In this document: positions 58,223 to 64,000 of the stretch, piece by piece
Layout of the letters: each line of letters begins with the position of its first letter
Numbering within the stretch: position 1 is the stretch's first letter
Origin: an uncultured Rhodospirillales bacterium
GTDB taxonomy: Bacteria > Pseudomonadota > Alphaproteobacteria > CACIAM-22H2
Reading direction: 5' to 3'
Length of the DNA: 64,000 bases
NCBI GenBank assembly: GCA_937926175.1
Contig: CALANV010000030.1
Coordinates: 451 to 64,450 of the forward strand
Program-made: the position numbers and the translations under genes
The notes under the pieces: generated by a model
Databases searched by the model: none
The model's input: only the letters and a program-made list of their open reading frames with translations
Told to the model about the DNA's origin: nothing

Positions 58223-61149
58223 CACCGCTCCTCTGACCGGGCGACAACGGGCTCGTGCGGCGTCTGCAGGCGGTGGCTGCGGACGGACTGGTGGGCGAGC
58301 GCAATCAGGATCAGGGTCGTGGCGCCCAGAACGAGGGCGAACACGCCGAGATCGAAGATGAGGGCGCTGGCAAGCGGGACGGCGCCGATGCCGGGGAGGT
58401 CCGCATAGCGGAAATAGGAGGTGAGGAACGGGTGGGAGAAAAACCACGCGCCCGCGCCCGTACCGGCCGCCAGCAGCAGGCCGGTGGCCATCCAGCGCAG
58501 CGGATGCACCCGAAGATGCGATTCGACGAAGCGGATCCCGCTGGCCATGTACTGAAGAATGAGGCCTGCCGCCACGGTCAGACCCGCCACGAAGCCGCCG
58601 CCGGGAAGGTCGTGGCCCCGGAGGAACAGGAATACGGCCAGCAGCCCGATGAAGGGAAACAGCAGCTTTATGATCACGGCCGGCACGGCGAGGTAGTCTG
58701 CGATGGTGTCGCCGATCTGGCGTTTCGGATGGGCATCGTCATGCGCGTTCTGAAGGCGCTGCTGCTCCGGAATATCGATGCTGTCGGGCGCCGGCCTGAA
58801 GCGGCGCAGCAGCGCGAACACCGTCAGTGCGACCACGCCGAGGACGGTAATCTCCCCCAACGTATCGAAGCCGCGGAAGTCCACCAGGATGACGTTGACG
58901 ACGTTGGTACCGCCGCCTTCGGTGTAGGCACGCTCGAGGAAGAACGCCGACAGGCTGTCGGGCAACGGATGCGTCAGCACCGCGTAGGTCACCGCCGCAA
59001 GGCCGACGCCGGTGACGGCGGCAAGCACGAGGTCGCGAATCCGACGGGCGCGCGCGGCGATGCCGGGTCGAACATCCAGGTCACGGGCCTCGATCCGTTT
59101 CGGCAGCCAGCGCAAGCCGAGCAGGATCAGAACGGTCGTCACGATCTCGACGACGAGCTGGGTCAGGGCAAGATCGGGCGCGGACAGCCAGACGAACGTG
59201 ACACAGGTGGCAAGCCCGGCGCCGCCGATCAGGACGAGGGCCGCCAGCCTGTGGAACTTCGCGACGTAGGCACCGCTCACGGCACAGGCAATGCCGATAG
59301 CCCACACCACGGCGAAAGCCGGATCGAGCGGGGTGACCGCGGCGTCGCCCCAGTCGAGGCCGTGCACATAGATCGGCCAAAGTGCGACGATCAGTGCGAC
59401 GCCGACCAGGAGCCGCAACTGCGGCTGCAGGCGGCGGGTGCCCAGCGTACGTTCCAACGACCGCGCGCCGCGCCACGAGATCGCGACCATCACACGCTCG
59501 AAGATGCGCTGCCCCTTTATATTGCGCAGCAGGGGCGGTCCCGCGGGGCTGCGCTGGAGATAGTCGTGCAGAAGCACATAGAGCGTCGTACCGCCCGCCA
59601 GCGCGATCAAGCTCATCAGAAGCGCCGGCGTGAACCCGTGCCAGATGGCGAGGCTGTACGCCGGCACGGCGTTCCCGAGGACGGCACGCACGGCACCATC
59701 CAGAATCGGCCCGATGGTGCGGCCCGGGAGAATTCCGACCACGAGACAGGCGAGCACGAGGAGTTCAACCGGAAACCGCATCCAGCGCGGCGGCTCCTTG
59801 GGCATGTGCGGCAGATCGGTCGGCGGGGGGCCGAAGAACACGTCGTGGATGAAGCGCAGCGAATACGCGACGCTGAACGCGCCGGCCATGGTCGCGATAT
59901 AGGGCAGCGCCTGATCCACGATCGAACCGTCGTGGATCTCGATCGTCTCCGCGAAGAACATCTCCTTGGAGAGGAACCCGTTGAGCAGAGGCACGCCGGC
60001 CATGGACGCGGCCGCGACCATGGCCAGCGTCGCCGTCCTCGGCATGTAGGGCCAGAGCCCGTTCAGGCGCCGGAAGTCGCGCGTGCCCGTCTCGTGATCG
60101 ACGATGCCGGCAGCCATGAACAGCGAGGCCTTGAAGGTCGCGTGATTCATGATGTGGAAGGTCGCGGCGACCAGCGCGAGCGGGCGGTCCAGTCCGATCA
60201 GCAGCGTGATCAGGCCGAGGTGGCTGATGGTCGAATAGGCCAGGAGACCTTTGAGATCCTGCTGGAAGATTGCGAAATAGGCGCCGAGCACGAAGGTGGC
60301 GAGACCGGCGCTGCCGACGAGCACGAGCCACTGCTCCGTTCCGCCCAGAGCCGGCCACAGGCGCACCAGCAGGAAAACGCCAGCCTTCACCATCGTCGCC
60401 GAGTGCAAATAGGCGGAGACGGGCGTGGGTGCCGCCATGGCGTGCGGCAACCAGAAGTGGAAGGGAAATTGCGCGCTCTTGGTTAACGCGCCGAGCAGGA
60501 CGAGGATCAGGATGGGAAGATAAAGGGAATGCGCGCGGAGGCGATCGCCCGCGGCGAGAACTTGGTCGAGGTCGTAGCTGCCGACAACATGGCCCAGTAT
60601 CAGCACGCCCGCGAACAGCGCGAGCCCGCCTGTGGCGGTGATCGTCAGGGCCATGCGGGCGCCATCGCGCGCGGCCGCGGTGTGATGCCGATATCCGATC
60701 AGGAGGAATGAAAAGAGGCTCGTCAGCTCCCAGAAGAAAATGAGCTGGATCAGGTTGCCCGAGAGCACGATGCCCAGCATCGCGCCCATGAATGCCAGCA
60801 GGAAGGCATAGAAACGCGGCACCGGATCCGACGGCGACATGTAATAGCGGGCATAGAGCATCACCAGCGTCCCGATGCCCGTGACCAGCGCAGCGAACAT
60901 CCAAGCGAAGCCGTCCAGCCGCAACGTGAAGGTCAGCCCGAACTGCGGCAGCCAGGCGATCTCGTGCCGGAACACGGCGCCGTCAGCGACCACCGGATAG
61001 AGGGCCACCGTCATCAAGAGACCGGCGAGCGCGACGATGCCCGCGAGATACGCGGCTGCATTACGTGCATCCGTCGGCAGAAGCGCCGCGACGAAGCTTC
61101 CTCCGAACGGAAGGAGTAGTACCGCCAGGAGAAAGATATCGTCCATCAC
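58222..61149 (-). CDS. mrpA: Na+(K+)/H+ antiporter fused subunit A/B (PhaAB-type).
   Basis: 975 aa. N-terminal NuoL-like domain plus a C-terminal MrpB-like extension, as in rhizobial PhaA. Confidence 0.85.
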   Translation of the reverse strand: MMDDIFLLAVLLLPFGGSFVAALLPTDARNAAAYLAGIVALAGLLMTVALYPVVADGAVFRHEIAWLPQFGLTFTLRLDGFAWMFAALVTGIGTLVMLYARYYMSPSDPVPRFYAFLLAFMGAMLGIVLSGNLIQLIFFWELTSLFSFLLIGYRHHTAAARDGARMALTITATGGLALFAGVLILGHVVGSYDLDQVLAAGDRLRAHSLYLPILILVLLGALTKSAQFPFHFWLPHAMAAPTPVSAYLHSATMVKAGVFLLVRLWPALGGTEQWLVLVGSAGLATFVLGAYFAIFQQDLKGLLAYSTISHLGLITLLIGLDRPLALVAATFHIMNHATFKASLFMAAGIVDHETGTRDFRRLNGLWPYMPRTATLAMVAAASMAGVPLLNGFLSKEMFFAETIEIHDGSIVDQALPYIATMAGAFSVAYSLRFIHDVFFGPPPTDLPHMPKEPPRWMRFPVELLVLACLVVGILPGRTIGPILDGAVRAVLGNAVPAYSLAIWHGFTPALLMSLIALAGGTTLYVLLHDYLQRSPAGPPLLRNIKGQRIFERVMVAISWRGARSLERTLGTRRLQPQLRLLVGVALIVALWPIYVHGLDWGDAAVTPLDPAFAVVWAIGIACAVSGAYVAKFHRLAALVLIGGAGLATCVTFVWLSAPDLALTQLVVEIVTTVLILLGLRWLPKRIEARDLDVRPGIAARARRIRDLVLAAVTGVGLAAVTYAVLTHPLPDSLSAFFLERAYTEGGGTNVVNVILVDFRGFDTLGEITVLGVVALTVFALLRRFRPAPDSIDIPEQQRLQNAHDDAHPKRQIGDTIADYLAVPAVIIKLLFPFIGLLAVFLFLRGHDLPGGGFVAGLTVAAGLILQYMASGIRFVESHLRVHPLRWMATGLLLAAGTGAGAWFFSHPFLTSYFRYADLPGIGAVPLASALIFDLGVFALVLGATTLILIALAHQSVRSHRLQTPHEPVVARSEER

Positions 61150-61558
61150 CGGTCGTTCTGTTGGTCTGACGGAGGCAAATAGCGTGAGATCTGATCGCAG
61201 GAAGTTACCTAATATGGTTGGTTTTGCGCGTGCACATCAAGGTATGCACGCATATCAAGAAATTGAGCCAACGCCGCGAATGCGGACGTCAGCGACCGCA
61301 AGCAAAGCTAGGCGGCGCGGGGTCCGCCTGACGTGACGTCAACGAGAACCGGCGAGGCCGTTCGGCGTGTCCCGCAGCCAGCCTCAGACGTCGAGCGCCA
61401 TCGGCACGAGCGTCGTGGCCCCCCAACCGGACAGACCGGAAGCCGGCCGCCGACGACCCCGGAAGACCGGTCCTATGGCGCGCCAGCGCAACCACGGAAG
61501 CGTGGCCCGCAAGCAGCCCAGCACGTGCAGGAAAGGCCAGGAAAAGGCCCGGAAAATA

Positions 61559-61635
<77 letters not shown>

Positions 61636-61745
61636 GCACGCCGGGGCGGAGATTAGCCGATCAACCGCCCCTGGTGCAAATGGTGAACCATCCGCCGGCA
61701 CCACGTCGCGACAGCATCCGGCAGCCGGCCGCCGCGACAGCGCGG

Positions 61746-62783
61746 CTATTCGATCGCGGCCGGCGCCTTGCGGGCCGCGGCGATGCGCGCCTGATACAAG
61801 CCGTCGGCGCCCGAGGGAAGTGCTGCCATCGGGTCGGTTCGCCGCGTGAGCATCCAGTGGGCGACGTCGCGGTGGACGACCGGCGCCTGCAGGTCCCGCA
61901 GCAGCATATGGTAACCGTTGGGGTAGATCGCCACGCGGCGGTGGCTGGGCGCTGCCGGCGGCAGGCGGTCAAGCATGATCTCGATATGCTCGGGCGGGAT
62001 CAGGTCGTCGCGCTGGCCGATGAGGATCAGGGCATCGATGTCGAACGACGGCGCGGCCGCCAACGCATCGTCCATCAGATCGATGAGACCGTAGAAGGCA
62101 TCGATCCGCGTCTCCTTGATGACGAGCGGGTCGCGGGCCAGCGCGCGCAGCATCTCGATGTTGTCCGAGGGATGAAAGCCCAGATTCGGCGGCGGTCGTC
62201 CGGCGAGCCAGGGTACCGTGTGCGCCATCAGCCACAGGCCGATCCGGCCGAACACGTTGATCGTCTCGCGCCCGCGCACGGCCGGCGCGGTCAGAACGGC
62301 GCCATCAACGCCGTCCAACCGGCCGCGCGCGGCGGCGGCAAGGATGACGGCGCCGCCCATGCTCTCGCCGACGACGAACACGGGCTTGCCGGGATGGCGC
62401 GCCTTGACCAGCCGGATCGCCGTCGCGAGGTCGGCGACCAACGTCTCGGTACCGGGCCACATACCGCGGTCCGGTGCCTTGCCGAAGCCCCGCTGATCGT
62501 AGGCATAGGTCGCAATACCGTGCTGGCCCCACGACTTCGCCGGCATCGCAAACGCGTTCGAATAGTCGTTGAAACCGTGGAGGCCGATGACGACGGCCTG
62601 CACCTCGCCGTCGGGCAGCCACGCGCGCAGGGGCAGAATGGCCCGGTCCGGCATGACCATGGCGTCGGTGAGCAGGTACGGCTCGCCCGCGACCGGGCCC
62701 ATCGGCGCGACTCGCGGCGCGCACGCGCCCGCAAGCGCGACCAGAACCAGGGTCACGACCGCCCGCCACCCCCGTGCGATCAT
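61746..62783 (-). CDS. Alpha/beta hydrolase (lysophospholipase-like) with a signal peptide.
   Basis: VVIGLHGFNDY (oxyanion-hole HG) and GESMGG (nucleophile elbow GxSxG). N-terminal signal or lipobox-like AGACAP. Confidence 0.75.
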   Translation of the reverse strand: MIARGWRAVVTLVLVALAGACAPRVAPMGPVAGEPYLLTDAMVMPDRAILPLRAWLPDGEVQAVVIGLHGFNDYSNAFAMPAKSWGQHGIATYAYDQRGFGKAPDRGMWPGTETLVADLATAIRLVKARHPGKPVFVVGESMGGAVILAAAARGRLDGVDGAVLTAPAVRGRETINVFGRIGLWLMAHTVPWLAGRPPPNLGFHPSDNIEMLRALARDPLVIKETRIDAFYGLIDLMDDALAAAPSFDIDALILIGQRDDLIPPEHIEIMLDRLPPAAPSHRRVAIYPNGYHMLLRDLQAPVVHRDVAHWMLTRRTDPMAALPSGADGLYQARIAAARKAPAAIE

Positions 62784-63808
62784 GCCGCGTCCTCGGCCGC
62801 ATGGTCGCCGGAACGGCGGGTAAGCTCGAGGAAGATGTCTTCGAGATCGCTTTCTTCGGTCGACAGGTCGACGATGCCGAATCCGGACCCGCGGATGGCG
62901 TCGAGCAGTTCGTCGATCCGCGTCCGGCTCGGCTCGTAACGGAAAACGAGCCGGCGTCCGCCCTCGTGGACGGGTGCGAAGCGGGCGAGCGCCGACGGCA
63001 CGGCGTCAATGTCCCGGTCGACGGTCACGCGCAGCGTCTTGCTGTCGACGCGCGCGAGCAGCCCGGCCTTGGTGTCGAGCGCGACCAAGCGACCGTGATT
63101 GATGATCGCGATCCGGTCGCAGAGTTCCTCGGCCTCTTCCAGGTAATGGGTGGTCAACAGCACGGTCGTGCCGCGCGCGTTGAGCTCGCGGACATAGGCC
63201 CACAGATGCTGCCGCAGCTCGACGTCGACGCCGGCGGTCGGCTCGTCGAGCACCAGAACTGGCGGCGCGTGGACGAGCGCCTTGGCGACGAGGAGTCGCC
63301 GCCGCATGCCGCCCGACAACGTGCGGGAATAGGCATTGGCCTTGTCGGCGAGGCCGACGGCGTGAAGGATTTCCTCGGTCCGCCGCTCGGCCTTCGGCAC
63401 GCCGTAAAGGCCGGCCTGCACGTCCAGGAGCTCGCGCGGCGTGAAGAATGGATCGAGGTTGAGCTCCTGCGGCACGACGCCGATCGCGGCGCGGCTGCCG
63501 CGCGGATCCTGGTCGATGTCGATATCCCAGATACGCACGCGCCCCGAGGTCTTGTTGACCAGTCCCGCCATGATGTTGATGAGCGTGGACTTGCCGGCGC
63601 CGTTCGGGCCGAGCAGGCCGAACAATTCGCCGCGGCGCACGGTGAGGCTGACGCCGTCGAGCGCGCGTTTGGTGCGTCCGCGATCGGTGCGGTAGACCTT
63701 GACCAGATTTTCGATTTCGACCGCGTTTTCGGGCACATCGGCCGCCCGGTTCACCGGCGCCGCGGGAACGGCGGCATCCTGCGGAAGATCTGAGACACTG
63801 AGAGCCAT
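62780..63808 (-). CDS. ABC transporter ATP-binding protein (ABC-2 exporter type with a C-terminal extension).
   Basis: Walker A GPNGAGKSTLI, signature LSGGMRRRLLVAKAL, Walker B VLVLDEPTAGVD. 342 aa. Overlaps the hydrolase start by 4 nt. Confidence 0.8.
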   Translation of the reverse strand: MALSVSDLPQDAAVPAAPVNRAADVPENAVEIENLVKVYRTDRGRTKRALDGVSLTVRRGELFGLLGPNGAGKSTLINIMAGLVNKTSGRVRIWDIDIDQDPRGSRAAIGVVPQELNLDPFFTPRELLDVQAGLYGVPKAERRTEEILHAVGLADKANAYSRTLSGGMRRRLLVAKALVHAPPVLVLDEPTAGVDVELRQHLWAYVRELNARGTTVLLTTHYLEEAEELCDRIAIINHGRLVALDTKAGLLARVDSKTLRVTVDRDIDAVPSALARFAPVHEGGRRLVFRYEPSRTRIDELLDAIRGSGFGIVDLSTEESDLEDIFLELTRRSGDHAAEDAA

Positions 63809-63941
63809 GACGATTCCGCTTTATAGCATGCCGCAGCGCGCCCGCACTGCGGCGGTTGCGCGCCCGCGCGCATCGGCTATGATCGCGGCCGCCTTTGGGG
63901 CCGGCGCCACGGCCCCCGACCGCAGCTTCGAGACGAATTTC

Positions 63942-64000
63942 CCATGGCCAAGCCAGCGCCCCAGCCGCCCGAGATCATCGAAGTGGAGACCCGCACCGTC
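63942..64000 (+). CDS. 5' end of an unidentified gene (MAKPAPQPPEIIEVETRTV...), truncated by the window edge.
   Basis: ATG preceded by gaatttccc. Only 19 codons are visible. Confidence 0.3.

Noticed and set aside
58255-60486. 743-aa plus-strand ORF
   Set aside because: It is antisense to the mrpA/B antiporter subunit, with a highly charged low-complexity translation.

Overview
High-GC (about 65-70 percent) chromosomal window, most likely from an alphaproteobacterium. The evidence for that is a REP-like 'catcctgag...gaaggatg' palindromic repeat, a fused PhaA/B-type Mrp subunit, and a urtABCDE-ureDABCEFG-hupE gene layout. Coding density is high. Many genes overlap stop-to-start (ATGA/GTGA-type overlaps), which implies translational coupling. 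The recognisable content runs as follows. A GMC oxidoreductase (partial). A DUF2934 protein and a UdgX-like family-4 uracil-DNA glycosylase. A Kdo2-lipid A export and assembly block (msbA, DUF374, waaA/kdtA, lpxK, lpxL-like). An M23 peptidase and xseA, divergent from purD. An MBL-hydrolase / beta-carbonic anhydrase / VOC trio. A pdxA2-like dehydrogenase plus four-carbon acid sugar kinase, next to a CPA2 antiporter carrying a cNMP-binding domain. A GNAT protein, DUF1772, DUF442, an Omp25/RopB-like OMP, tadA, a class-I GATase, a pseudouridine synthase and rsmD. A roughly 3.5 kb stretch of uncharacterised small or novel proteins (26.7-30.3 kb). The complete urease and urea-ABC-transporter locus (30.4-41.8 kb) with a sigma54-type promoter candidate. 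HPP and RRM proteins. A NodIJ-like ABC-2 exporter. An RTX/pectate-lyase-like gene interrupted by an in-frame TAG. A standalone Ada-N zinc domain coupled to an AlkB-like dioxygenase. A DUF1538x2 plus PII-like operon. A tandem USP. A P-type cation ATPase. A six-gene Mrp/Pha Na+(K+)/H+ antiporter operon. tRNA-Arg(CCG). An alpha/beta hydrolase and an ABC ATPase. No CRISPR array, transposase or integrase was seen. Many long ORFs in the supplied track are antisense or out-of-frame artefacts typical of high-GC DNA. The ORF track also labels GTG/TTG starts as M.
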